Part shown: piece after piece, positions 18,002-27,655 of the stretch
How the letters are laid out: the number at the start of each line of letters is the position of its first letter
Numbering within the stretch: position 1 is the stretch's first letter
Assembly (NCBI GenBank): GCA_963849105.1
Contig: CAWKGD010000003.1
Span: 705,428 to 769,427 of the forward strand
Reading direction: 5' to 3'
DNA from: an uncultured Acidimicrobiaceae bacterium
GTDB taxonomy: Bacteria > Actinomycetota > Acidimicrobiia > Acidimicrobiales > Bog-793
Length of the DNA stretch: 64,000 bases
Program-made: the position numbers and the translations under genes
Notes under the pieces: model-generated
What the model was told of the DNA's origin: nothing
What the model saw: the letters and a program-made list of their open reading frames with translations, nothing else
Databases searched by the model: none

Positions 18002-18655
18002 TTATCGAGAGGCGAAATCGTCGCTCGCGCCAAAACGTGCGCTGGCCATCGCTGCTTGCGACGCGAAAACCATCCGCAACGCGCCGATGAAATTCTGTTC
18101 CGTCTCTGCGGCGGAACGATGGAGCATCGTCCGCATGTACTCCCAGCCGACCCAGGATGTGAGGAGAATGACGACGTCGGTGAGCAGCTTCTCGTCCTCG
18201 CCGAATTTCGCGAACTCGGGCGCGAACACCTTCGCGACGTGCTCGGAGCGCGCGCGCGTCGCGTTGGCGACGCCCCGTGCCATGTCGGGCGAGGAGTGCT
18301 GATCGAACAGCGTCGCCCGGCGGATCGGGGTCACCGCTTCGTACAGCGCGCGGCACTGCGCGGCGAGCGCGACGATGCGCTCTTCGAGCGGCAGGTTCGT
18401 GTCGATCAACGTCAGGATCTCGAAGTGGCGCTGCATGTCCAGATCGAGTGCCAAACGCCGCAGCGCTTCGACGTCTTCGAAGTGGTGGTAGACGGTGCGG
18501 AGCGCGACCCCGGCGCGAGCCGCGATCTCCTGGGCGGTCGGCCGCACGACGCCTTCTGAGACCAGCTCGAGTAGCGCTTCGATGACCTTCAGCCGGGTCC
18601 GCTGCCCGCGCGCTCGTCTGCCGTCGATGACTTGAAGATCACCACCAGAGGTCAC
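18002..18655 (-). CDS. TetR family transcriptional regulator
   Basis: HTH TAQEIAARAGVALRTVYHHF. GTG at 18655 is preceded by a perfect AAGGAGG RBS (the ORF extends to 18796). Confidence 0.85.
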   Translation of the reverse strand: MTSGGDLQVIDGRRARGQRTRLKVIEALLELVSEGVVRPTAQEIAARAGVALRTVYHHFEDVEALRRLALDLDMQRHFEILTLIDTNLPLEERIVALAAQCRALYEAVTPIRRATLFDQHSSPDMARGVANATRARSEHVAKVFAPEFAKFGEDEKLLTDVVILLTSWVGWEYMRTMLHRSAAETEQNFIGALRMVFASQAAMASARFGASDDFASR

Positions 18656-18879
18656 CGTCGGTCCCTCCTTTGCCGAAGCCTTCTCGCCCAAAAATTTTGG
18701 CACAACCCGCGGAAAATTTACGTCCGCCCGCCAAAAGTCCCGCTCAGAAAGCGGACGGTCGTCGCGCCAGATTCTCGCGAGGGCCGCCAGCAGCAACAGG
18801 ACCGGCGGTCGATTTCACCCAAGCCCGCCGCTGCCCGAGGTGCCCCGTACGATGCGCCGGTGCTCGGTGCGGTCCCTCC

Positions 18880-19503
18880 GTGAGCAACTTCTTACATCCA
18901 CTGTTGTCACTCGGCGGCGCAGCGGCGTACGCGCTCGTCGCCGGGTTGTGCTTCGGCGAGGCGGCGCTGTTCATTGGATTCGTCCTGCCGGGAGAGACGG
19001 CGGTCATCCTCGGCGGGGTTCTCGCGTCCGAGCACCGCGTCAGTCTCGCCGGCATGTGCGCGGTCGCCGTCGGCTGCGCAATCGCCGGTGACTCCGTCGG
19101 ATTCGAGGTCGGGCGCCTCTTCGGGCCGTTCTTGTTGCGTCACCGTCCACTGAAGGGTCGTCGCGGCGTCGCCCGCACACGGGCGTTCGTCGAATCCCAC
19201 GGCGCGCTCGGGGTCTTCCTCGGTCGCTTTACGGCGGTTTTCCGCGCGCTCGTTCCTGGCATCGCGGGGATGTCGGGAATGAACTACCCGAGATTCCTCT
19301 TGGCGAACGCCGCTGGCGGACTTATCTGGGGGCTCGGGTACACGATCGCCGGATACGAGGTCGGAAAGGGGTACGCGAGGGTCGTCACCTACGGGACCTA
19401 CGTTTCGAGCTCCATCATCGGCGCGGCGGCGATCGCCCTTGTCATCTTCCTCGTCTGGCGCCGCCGCCGTGAGCGCGCGAAAGACGCTGAGCAGGCGATT
19501 TAG
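18880..19503 (+). CDS. DedA family membrane protein
   Basis: DedA signature FGEAALFIGFVLPGETAVILGG. GTG at 18880 lies inside the longer ORF 18670..19503. Confidence 0.8.
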   Translation: MSNFLHPLLSLGGAAAYALVAGLCFGEAALFIGFVLPGETAVILGGVLASEHRVSLAGMCAVAVGCAIAGDSVGFEVGRLFGPFLLRHRPLKGRRGVARTRAFVESHGALGVFLGRFTAVFRALVPGIAGMSGMNYPRFLLANAAGGLIWGLGYTIAGYEVGKGYARVVTYGTYVSSSIIGAAAIALVIFLVWRRRRERAKDAEQAI

Positions 19504-19604
19504 AATTTCGATCGAATTGGTTGACAATCAAAACCGGCCGTTAAGCTCACCGCGAATCCCGGAGGCGACGGTTGGAACACCGCCTGATTGGCGGAAGGAG
19601 AAAC

Positions 19605-20240
19605 ATGGCCCTGCAACTCGGTGACACCGCGCCGGACTTCACGGCGGACTCGACCGAAGGCGAGATCAATCTCTACCAGTACCTCGGCGGCGGTTGGGGA
19701 ATCCTCTTTTCGCACCCGAAGGATTTCACCCCGGTCTGCACGACCGAGCTCGGCGAGGTGGCGAAACTGAAGGACGAGTTCAGCAAGAGAAACACGAAGG
19801 TCCTCGGGGTTTCGGTCGACCCCGTCGCCTCCCACAACGAGTGGAAGGGCGACATCAAAGACGCCACCGGCCAGACGCTGAACTACCCGTTGCTCGGTGA
19901 CGAGGACCACACGATCTCGGACCTGTACGGAATGATCCATCCGAACGCGAGCGACACCCTGACGGTGCGCACGGTCTTCATCATCGGCCCGGACAAGAAG
20001 ATCAAGCTGATGATCACGTATCCGGCCAGCACCGGGCGTAACTTCAACGAGATCCTGCGCGTGCTCGACTCGTTGCAGCTGACGGCGAACTACTCGGTAT
20101 CGACGCCGGTGAACTGGAACGATGGCGAAGAGGTGATCATCGCTCCGGCGATTTCCGACACCGACGCGAAGGAGAAGTTCCCGAAGGGATTCCGGACAGT
20201 GAAGTCGTACCTGCGCTTCACCCCGCAGCCGAATCGCTGA
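19605..20240 (+). CDS. 1-Cys peroxiredoxin (Prx6 subfamily)
   Basis: FSHPKDFTPVCTTELG active site. ATG 19605 is preceded by a GGAAGGAG RBS. Confidence 0.92.
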   Translation: MALQLGDTAPDFTADSTEGEINLYQYLGGGWGILFSHPKDFTPVCTTELGEVAKLKDEFSKRNTKVLGVSVDPVASHNEWKGDIKDATGQTLNYPLLGDEDHTISDLYGMIHPNASDTLTVRTVFIIGPDKKIKLMITYPASTGRNFNEILRVLDSLQLTANYSVSTPVNWNDGEEVIIAPAISDTDAKEKFPKGFRTVKSYLRFTPQPNR

Positions 20241-20260
20241 TCAGGCGGCACTCCTTTCTC

Positions 20261-20292
20261 GACGACGCCGGCGCTCGTGCGCCGGCGTCGTC
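20261..20292 (+). terminator. GC-rich perfect hairpin downstream of the peroxiredoxin gene (terminator-like, no U-tract)
   Basis: 14-bp perfect stem GACGACGCCGGCGC/GCGCCGGCGTCGTC with loop TCGT, located 20 nt after the stop codon. Confidence 0.45.
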
Positions 20293-20334
20293 GCGTTCCG
20301 GCCGCATCGGGGAGCGCCAGGTACCATCGCCCTG

Positions 20335-21750
20335 GTGCGTCGCGTCCTTCGGACCTCTTTGGATCGCGCGCTCGCGGCGCCGGCGGTCGGGAAAGACGCC
20401 TTTTTGTACGGCGGCTCGATGGTGTTCGCGCTCGTCACGGCCGTTGTCGCGGTCTCGGCGGATTACCGCGACTGGGGCGAGATGGCGGCGATCGCCTACG
20501 GACTGGCGTGCGTGGTGTGCCTCGTCGCGCTCGCCTTCTCGCGCGGTGGGCAGCTTTCGTCGGTTCGGGTCGGACAGCTGCGGCGGTTGGTTGTCGTCGG
20601 GGTGCTCGCCGGTGCGGTCGTCGCTCCGCTCATCTCCGAGCTCGTCTGGCGCGCCGAGGCGCTTCCGGGTCAGCACGCGCAAGCCGAGGTGGCGGTCGTT
20701 GAACGGGCGGGGGACCGCCTCGCCGCCGGCGCCAACCCGTATCTCAATCACCCGACGACGGTCGGCATCTCTCCGTCGAGCGACGCGAAGGCGATCGACG
20801 CCGGCTCGTACTACCCGTACCTGCCCGGCATGGTGCCGTTCGGTCTTTTGAACGCGACGTCGTGGCCGAAAGAACTCGGCGACGCACGAGTCTCGCTGAC
20901 GGTCTTCACCTTGGCGGTCGCCGCGCTGGCCCTCGGGTTCGCGGCGAAGGGCGCGAGTGTCGGTCGACGCGGGCGGGTGCTCCAGTTTCTCGTCATCTTG
21001 CCTTCCGGTGCGCTGCCGATCGCGACGGGCGGCGACGACATGCCGGTGATCGCGCTGATGCTGCTCGGTCTGGTGCTTGCGGCGACGCGGCGCCCCGTAC
21101 TCGCCGGTCTCGTCCTCGGCTGCGCGGCGACGCTGAAGTTCACCGCCTGGCCGGTGTTGTTGTTGCTGATCCTCGCGGCGCGCGATCGCGACGGTCGGCC
21201 CGCCGGACTCCGCTACACGCTGTCGGCCACCGCCGTGTTCCTGCCGATCGTCGCCGTCGGCGCGGCACCGAACCCCGCAGCGTTCTTCGTCAACGTCGTG
21301 AAGTTCCCACTCGGGATCGCCAAGGTGCACTCGCCGGCCGCGAGCCCGCTCGTGGGCGAGGTGCTCGTCTCGATCTTTCCGCACGACCGCCGCGCGATCA
21401 CCTTCGCGTTGCTCGGCGTTGGCCTCGTGCTCGTCGCGTACGGCTTGAAGCGCCTCACGCCGCGCACTCCCGCACAGGTCGCTCGGTTCACGGCATGGGT
21501 GCTGCTGCTCGCGACGGTGCTCTTGCCGGCAACGCGCTTTGGCTACCTCATCTATCCGGCAGACCTTTTCGTGTTCGCGTACCTGCTCGACGCGCTGCAG
21601 TTGACCGCCGCAACGGCGGAGGGCTACTCGGCGTCATTGACCTCGAACAGTGTCAAAGCGACGGTGCTTGCCGCTGCGACGCTGGCGCCGCCGAGCGCTG
21701 GACTGAGCGAGGTCGTGGCGCGGTTCACGACGACCCCGACCTCCCAGTAA
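20335..21750 (+). CDS. Polytopic membrane protein, probable GT-C type glycosyltransferase (DUF2029/GT87-like)
   Basis: 471-aa ORF with about 10 or more hydrophobic helices and a periplasmic loop, an architecture typical of polyprenol-phosphate-sugar transferases. The family call is from memory, not from a search. Confidence 0.5.
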   Translation: MRRVLRTSLDRALAAPAVGKDAFLYGGSMVFALVTAVVAVSADYRDWGEMAAIAYGLACVVCLVALAFSRGGQLSSVRVGQLRRLVVVGVLAGAVVAPLISELVWRAEALPGQHAQAEVAVVERAGDRLAAGANPYLNHPTTVGISPSSDAKAIDAGSYYPYLPGMVPFGLLNATSWPKELGDARVSLTVFTLAVAALALGFAAKGASVGRRGRVLQFLVILPSGALPIATGGDDMPVIALMLLGLVLAATRRPVLAGLVLGCAATLKFTAWPVLLLLILAARDRDGRPAGLRYTLSATAVFLPIVAVGAAPNPAAFFVNVVKFPLGIAKVHSPAASPLVGEVLVSIFPHDRRAITFALLGVGLVLVAYGLKRLTPRTPAQVARFTAWVLLLATVLLPATRFGYLIYPADLFVFAYLLDALQLTAATAEGYSASLTSNSVKATVLAAATLAPPSAGLSEVVARFTTTPTSQ

Positions 21751-22268
21751 AAGCCGTCCGAGCTCGGGCGCTCGCCGAGCAGCTCGGTGCCGCTGTTGCC
21801 GAGCGCGGAGCTGCTGCGGTCCGTCCATCCGAGCGCGCGCAACTCGTCGCGGTAGAAGGTAACGACGCGTGAGGGGCTGGCGTCGACGCGGATCACGACC
21901 TTCGAGTCGTACAACTCGACGCCACCGCCGACGTAGGAGGCATCGGCGAGGCGTGAGCCGGCGGGCACGACGAGGGCGGACAAGACGTCGGTCGGCGGTT
22001 CGCCGCCGCTCGTCACCGCCTTGAAGTCCGCGATGGCCGACGCCGTCGAAAGCTCGGTGTGGCCGACCGCGACGCCGGGGTGGGTGGCCGGCGCCGGCGG
22101 GCCGCTCGTCCCGACGAGGGCGAAGACCGCGCCGACGACCGAGATCCCGACCGCCAGGCCGACCACGACGAGGGCGGGTCCGAGACGCGGGCGCCCCCCG
22201 GCGAAGACGGCGGCGCGGCCGTTTGGCACCGGTGGGTTGTCGAGCAATGACGGATCGGCTGAGGACAT
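21624..22268 (-). CDS. Hypothetical membrane-anchored protein
   Basis: 214-aa ORF with one N-terminal transmembrane helix (LGPALVVVGLAVGISVVGAVFALV) and a soluble domain. I recognise no family. Confidence 0.5.
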   Translation of the reverse strand: MSSADPSLLDNPPVPNGRAAVFAGGRPRLGPALVVVGLAVGISVVGAVFALVGTSGPPAPATHPGVAVGHTELSTASAIADFKAVTSGGEPPTDVLSALVVPAGSRLADASYVGGGVELYDSKVVIRVDASPSRVVTFYRDELRALGWTDRSSSALGNSGTELLGERPSSDGFYWEVGVVVNRATTSLSPALGGASVAAASTVALTLFEVNDAE

Positions 22269-22339
22269 CAGGCTGTCATTCGGGCTTTGCGGGCCGCGTC
22301 GACCAGCGGTCCGACCAGGTCACGACGGTAGCCTGTGTC

Positions 22340-24611
22340 ATGGATCAGGTGATCCCGCCGGCCCGCTATCACCTCGACGTGCCGACCGCGGTTCTCGCCG
22401 CGAGGAACTCCCACCCGGTGCGATCTCGGTCGAGCCGCTCCTCGACACCCTCCGCTCGCTGCATCCAGATGCCGACACGACGGTCGTACGACGCGCGCAC
22501 GACCTCGCGAGAAGAGCGCACGAGGGCCAGTTGCGGCTGTCGGGCGAGCCGTACCTGACGCACACGATCGCCGTTGCGACGATCGTTGCTGAGTTGGGCC
22601 TCGACGAGACGAGCGTCGCCGCCGCTCTCTTGCACGACGTCGTCGAGGACACGCCGGTATCGATCGGGGAGATCGAATCGTCCTTTGGGACGGTCATCGC
22701 GCAGATCGTCGACGGTGTGACCAAGCTCGATCGGCTGAACTTCTCGACGAAAGAGGCTCAGCAGGCGGCGACGATCCGCAAGATGGTTATCGCGATGTCG
22801 AAGGACTGGCGCGTCCTTGTCATCAAGCTCGCCGACCGGCTGCACAACATGCGGACGATCGACGTCATGCCGGAGTGGAAGCAGCGCCGGACCGCGCAAC
22901 AGACCCTCGACGTCTACGCGCCCTCGCGCACCGTCTCGGCATCCAGCAGATCAAGTGGCAACTCGAAGACCTTTCCTTCCGGGCCCTGCAGCCGAAGGTC
23001 TACGACGAGATCGCGCAAATGGTGGCGACGCGCGCGCCCAGCCGCGAACAGGAGGTCGCGGAAGTCGTTGAGCAGATGAAGCTGCGTCTTTCGGCACTCG
23101 GCATTCAAGCGACGGTCACCGGACGACCGAAACACCTGTGGAGTATCTACGAAAAGATGGTCGTGCGGAACAAGGAGTTTGACGAGATCAACGACCTCGT
23201 CGGCATCCGGGTCATCGTCGACACCGAAAAGGACTGTTGGGCGGCGCTAGGCGCCGTGCACGCCGCCTGGCCGCCGGTGCAAGGTCGCTTCAAGGACTAC
23301 ATCAACTCGCCGAAGTTCAACTTGTACCAGTCGCTGCACACGACCGTGATCGGGCCGGGTGGCAAAGCACTCGAGATCCAGATCCGGACGATGGCGATGC
23401 ACCTGCGTGCCGAGCACGGCATCGCCGCGCACTGGGGCTACAAGGAGGGCGGCCGGCGCTCAGGGACGCATGTCTCCGAGATCGAGTGGCTGCAGCGGCT
23501 CGTCGATTGGGAGCGGGACGTCCCCGACGACCCGATCGAGTTCTTGGAGACCTTGAAGCTCGATCTCGAACAAGACGAGGTGTACGTCTTCACGCCGAAG
23601 GGCGAGATCATGACGCTGCCGACCGGCGCGACGCCCGTTGACTTCGCTTACTCCATCCACACCGAGGTCGGTCACCGTTGCATCGGAGCGCGCGTCAACG
23701 GTCGACTGGCGCCACTGGACGCGAAGCTGCAGTCCGGCGACACCGTCGAGATCCTGACCTCAAAGCTCGCAACGGCGGGTCCGTCGAAAGACTGGCTGAA
23801 GATCGTCGCCTCGCCCCGCGCCCGCAACAAGATCCGCCAGTGGTTCTCGCGCGAACGGCGCGAGGACGCGATTGACAACGGCCGCGAGGAGCTCACGAAG
23901 GCGCTGCGGCGCGAAGGGCTGCCGACCCAGCGCCTCTACGCCTCGGGAGCGGTGGAGGAACTGGCGAAGGCGTTTGGCTTCGATCTCGACGCGTTCTACG
24001 CGGCGATCGGTGAGGGGCACATCTCTGGTCGCGCGGCGGTCGCGCGGCTGCGTCGCGACATCCTGTCGGAGTCCGAAGAGCAACTGCCGACGACCGTGCT
24101 GCAGACCCGCCGGCCGTCGTCGAGAAAGTCGACCGGTGTTTTCGTCGAAGGACTCGACGACGTGTTGGTCCGGCTGTCGTCGTGCTGCACCCCGGTGCCG
24201 GGGGACCGCATCGTCGGGTTCGTCACCCGCGGCCGCGGCGTGTCGGTGCACCGCGCCGACTGCGTGAACGCGATCACGCTCGATAGCGCGGCGCGAGAGC
24301 GTTTGATCGAAGTCGAGTGGGACCAAGCGCAATCGGGCCGGCACACGGCTTCGATCGCCGTCGAAGCGCTTGATCGCGCGCAATTGCTTGCTGATGTCGC
24401 CCGCGCGCTCGCGGAGCAGAACGTCGGCATCATCTCGGTGTCCGCAGAAAGCACGCCAGATAGGGTGAGCCACATGCGCTTTGAGTGTGAGCTCGCCGAC
24501 ACCGAGCATCTGGAAGCGGTGCTCGCGTCGCTGCGGCGCGTGGAAGGCGTCTACGACGCCTTCCGGTTGTTGCCCGGCAAGAACAAGACAGCGCGCGCCC
24601 AGAACCGGTGA
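22340..24611 (+). pseudogene. relA: Bifunctional (p)ppGpp synthetase/hydrolase Rel (RelA/SpoT family), reading frame broken near 22921 (true frameshift or assembly error)
   Basis: The HD domain (HDVVEDT, DRLHNMRT) is in the frame of ORF 22021..23079. The synthetase, TGS and ACT domains are in ORF 22875..24611, which is the -1 frame. The junction lies at a CCC run. The start codon is unresolved. Confidence 0.85.
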
Positions 24612-25870
24612 GCGCCTTCAAGGCGCCGACTGGGACCCACGACCTACTACCCCCAGCAAGCGCCCGCGCCGAATCCTGCGTCGCACGCTTCGCATCGCTC
24701 GCCCGCCGCGGCGGGTACGGCTTGTTGAGCTCGCCGATGTTCGAAGACGCCGAGGTGTTCCGACGCAGCTCCGGAGAGTCGAGCGAGGTCGTCTCGAAGG
24801 AGATGTACGAGTTCGACGACAAGGGCGGTCGCCATCTCGCCCTGCGCCCCGAAGGCACGGCGTCGGTCGTGCGGGCGTTCATCGAACACAACCCGCAGGT
24901 GCCGTGGAAGATCTGGTACCTCACTCCGATCTTCCGTTACGAGCGCCCGCAGGCCGGGCGATATCGCCAGCACCATCAGCTCGGCATCGAGGTGATCGGG
25001 ACCGAGGATCCTGACGTCGATGCCGAAGTGATCGCGCTTGGCAACGATTATCTGGACGCGCTCGGGTTGTCGCGCGTCTCCCTCGGAGTGAACTCGCTCG
25101 GCGACGACGCCTGCATGCCCGGCTACCGCGAGGCGCTCATCGCCTACCTCGCCGCGCACGAAAACGAGCTGTGCGATGAGCACCGGACGCGCTATCGGGA
25201 GAACCCGCTGCGCGTCCTTGACTGCAAGAAGTCGGAGTGCATCCGGGTCCGCGACGATGCGCCGAGACTTTCCGACGCGTGGTGCGGGCCGTGTCGCGAG
25301 CACTTCGCGCGCGTCACCGAGGGCCTCGATGCAGCGGGAATGGCGTGGCGCCAGGACGACTTTCTCGTGCGCGGGCTCGACTACTACACGCGCACGACCT
25401 TTGAGTTCGCGGCCGAGTCGCTGGACGCGGCCCAGAACGTCGTCCTCGCCGGCGGTCGCTACGACAAGTTGTCGTCGATGCTGGGGGGTAAAGACGCCGC
25501 CGGGATCGGCTTCGGGAGCGGTCTCGAGCGGGTGCTGCTCGCCTGCGACGCTGAGGGCGCGCTGCGCGATGAGGCGACCGCACCCGACGTCTTCGTTGTC
25601 GACGTCACTGGGGGCCGCCTGGCGCGCGACGTCTCTCGGGCGCTGCGGAGGGCGGGATTCGTTGCTGAGCGCGCCTATGACGGGCGGTCGATGAAGGCGC
25701 AGTTGAGGCTGGCCGATCGTTCCGGCGCCAAGCTGGCGGCGATCTTCGGCGCCGAGGAAGAGGGCAACGGAACCGTCACGTTGCGGGACCTGCGCGGCGA
25801 CGACCCCGGTAAACAGGAAACGATGCCGCGCGAAGAGCTCGAGCAGGCGGTGCGGGCGTGGGGATCGTGA
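24608..25870 (+). CDS. hisS: Histidine--tRNA ligase
   Basis: Class II aaRS motifs (LRPEGT, FRYERPQAGRYRQHHQ). Its GTG start overlaps the rel stop as GTGA. Confidence 0.93.
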   Translation: MSAFKAPTGTHDLLPPASARAESCVARFASLARRGGYGLLSSPMFEDAEVFRRSSGESSEVVSKEMYEFDDKGGRHLALRPEGTASVVRAFIEHNPQVPWKIWYLTPIFRYERPQAGRYRQHHQLGIEVIGTEDPDVDAEVIALGNDYLDALGLSRVSLGVNSLGDDACMPGYREALIAYLAAHENELCDEHRTRYRENPLRVLDCKKSECIRVRDDAPRLSDAWCGPCREHFARVTEGLDAAGMAWRQDDFLVRGLDYYTRTTFEFAAESLDAAQNVVLAGGRYDKLSSMLGGKDAAGIGFGSGLERVLLACDAEGALRDEATAPDVFVVDVTGGRLARDVSRALRRAGFVAERAYDGRSMKAQLRLADRSGAKLAAIFGAEEEGNGTVTLRDLRGDDPGKQETMPREELEQAVRAWGS

Positions 25871-25887
25871 CCGCCGAAGCCCGCGGG

Positions 25888-27648
25888 ATGCGGACGCGCT
25901 ACTGCGGCACGCTGCGCAGAGACGACGTCGGAGAAGAGATCGCGCTCTGTGGCTGGGTGGCGCGCCGGCGCGAGCACGGAGAGCATCTTGCGTTCGTCGA
26001 CCTGCGCGACCACACCGGCATCGTCCAGTGCGTCGTCGACGGCGCGCACGCGATCAAACCGGAGTATGCGCTGCGCATCGTCGGCGTGGTGCGCGAGCGT
26101 CCGGAAGGAACGGTGAACCCGGAGCTTGCGACCGGCGAGGTCGAAGTCGCCAACTGCCGGATCGAGGTGCTCGCGGCCTCCGAGACGCCACCGTTCCAGC
26201 TCGACGAGCGCACGGAGGTCGACGAGGCTCTTCGCCTCCGCTACCGCTACCTCGATCTCCGCACCGAGCGGATGCAGAAGAACCTGCGCGTGCGCGCGGC
26301 GGTGAACGTGGCGATCCGGCGCACGATGGAACGGCTGGGTTTTGTCGAGATCGAGACACCGCTCTTGTGGACGCCGACCCCGGAAGGTGCACGCGAGTTC
26401 GCTGTCCCGTCGCGCTTGCAGCGGGGGTCGTTCTACGCACTGCCGCAGAGCCCGCAGATCGCGAAGCAGCTCTCTATGATCGGCGGCGTCGATCGCTACT
26501 ACCAGATCGCGCGTTGCATGCGCGACGAAGACCCGCGTGCCGACCGCCAGTTCGAGTTCACCCAGCTGGACGTCGAAGCGAGCTTCGTCGGCCAAGACGA
26601 AATCCTCTATTTCGTCACCGAAGCGATGATCGAGGCGACCGAGGCGGCGACCGGTATTCGCCCGGATCCGTTCGCCACAATGACGTGGTCCGAAGCGATC
26701 GACCGCTACGGCTCCGATAAGCCGGATCTGCGCTTCGGGATGGAGATCTGCGATCTCACCGAAGTCTTCGCGGCGACTGAGTTCAAGGCGTTCCGCCGCG
26801 AAGCGGTGCGGGCGATCGTCGTCGACGGCGGCGCCGCGTTCTCGCGGGCACGCCTCGATGAGCTCATCGAGCGGGCGAAGCAACTCGGTGCCGGGGGTCT
26901 CGTGTGGATGCGCGTCCGAGGCGAGCCGTTGTCGATCGAGTCGCCGGTCGACAGGTTCCTTGCCGACGACGAGCGCAAGCGCGTTTTGGCCGCGACCGGC
27001 GCGTCGGACGGCGCGCTGATCCTCGTCGTCGCCGACGAGCGCCGTCGGGCGTCCGAGGTGCTCGGCCAATTGCGCGTCGACCTCGGCCGCCCGCCGATGG
27101 GCGAAGGTCCGTTTCGGTTCTGCTGGGTCGTCGACTTCCCGCTCTTTGACGGCTTCGACGAGAACGGCAACCCCGCCGCCGCGCACCACCCGTTCACGAT
27201 GCCGTACGTCGAGGATTTTGATCGCATCGAGGACGACCCCTTCTCGGTGCGCGCCCGCTCGTACGACCTCGTCCTGAACGGCTGGGAGCTCGGTTCGGGG
27301 AGCATCCGCATCACGGAACCGGCGCTGCAGCGGCGGATCTTCGAGGTGTTGGGGATCTCGCCCGAGGTCGCCGAAGCGCGCTTTGGTTTCCTGCTGGACG
27401 CGTACCGCTACGGCGGTCCGCCGCACGGCGGCTTCGCCGTCGGCATCGACCGCTTCGTGGCGTGCCTGCTCGGAGAGGACAACATCCGTGAGGTGATCGC
27501 CTTCCCGAAGACCCAGTCCGGCGCCGATTTGATGACCGGCGGACCGTTGCCGCTGCCGCCCGAGCGCCTCGCCGAACTCGGGGTGCGCGTCGTCGAGAAG
27601 GAGCCCGCGCCGCCCGGCACGAACCGAGACACAGAGCGCGCCGGCTGA
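25888..27648 (+). CDS. aspS: Aspartate--tRNA ligase
   Basis: N-terminal OB fold (MRTRYCGTLR..GWV), the QSPQ motif, and FPLF..HHPFT class II motifs. The ORF extends to 25858. Confidence 0.93.
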   Translation: MRTRYCGTLRRDDVGEEIALCGWVARRREHGEHLAFVDLRDHTGIVQCVVDGAHAIKPEYALRIVGVVRERPEGTVNPELATGEVEVANCRIEVLAASETPPFQLDERTEVDEALRLRYRYLDLRTERMQKNLRVRAAVNVAIRRTMERLGFVEIETPLLWTPTPEGAREFAVPSRLQRGSFYALPQSPQIAKQLSMIGGVDRYYQIARCMRDEDPRADRQFEFTQLDVEASFVGQDEILYFVTEAMIEATEAATGIRPDPFATMTWSEAIDRYGSDKPDLRFGMEICDLTEVFAATEFKAFRREAVRAIVVDGGAAFSRARLDELIERAKQLGAGGLVWMRVRGEPLSIESPVDRFLADDERKRVLAATGASDGALILVVADERRRASEVLGQLRVDLGRPPMGEGPFRFCWVVDFPLFDGFDENGNPAAAHHPFTMPYVEDFDRIEDDPFSVRARSYDLVLNGWELGSGSIRITEPALQRRIFEVLGISPEVAEARFGFLLDAYRYGGPPHGGFAVGIDRFVACLLGEDNIREVIAFPKTQSGADLMTGGPLPLPPERLAELGVRVVEKEPAPPGTNRDTERAG

Positions 27649-27655
27649 CCCGCCG

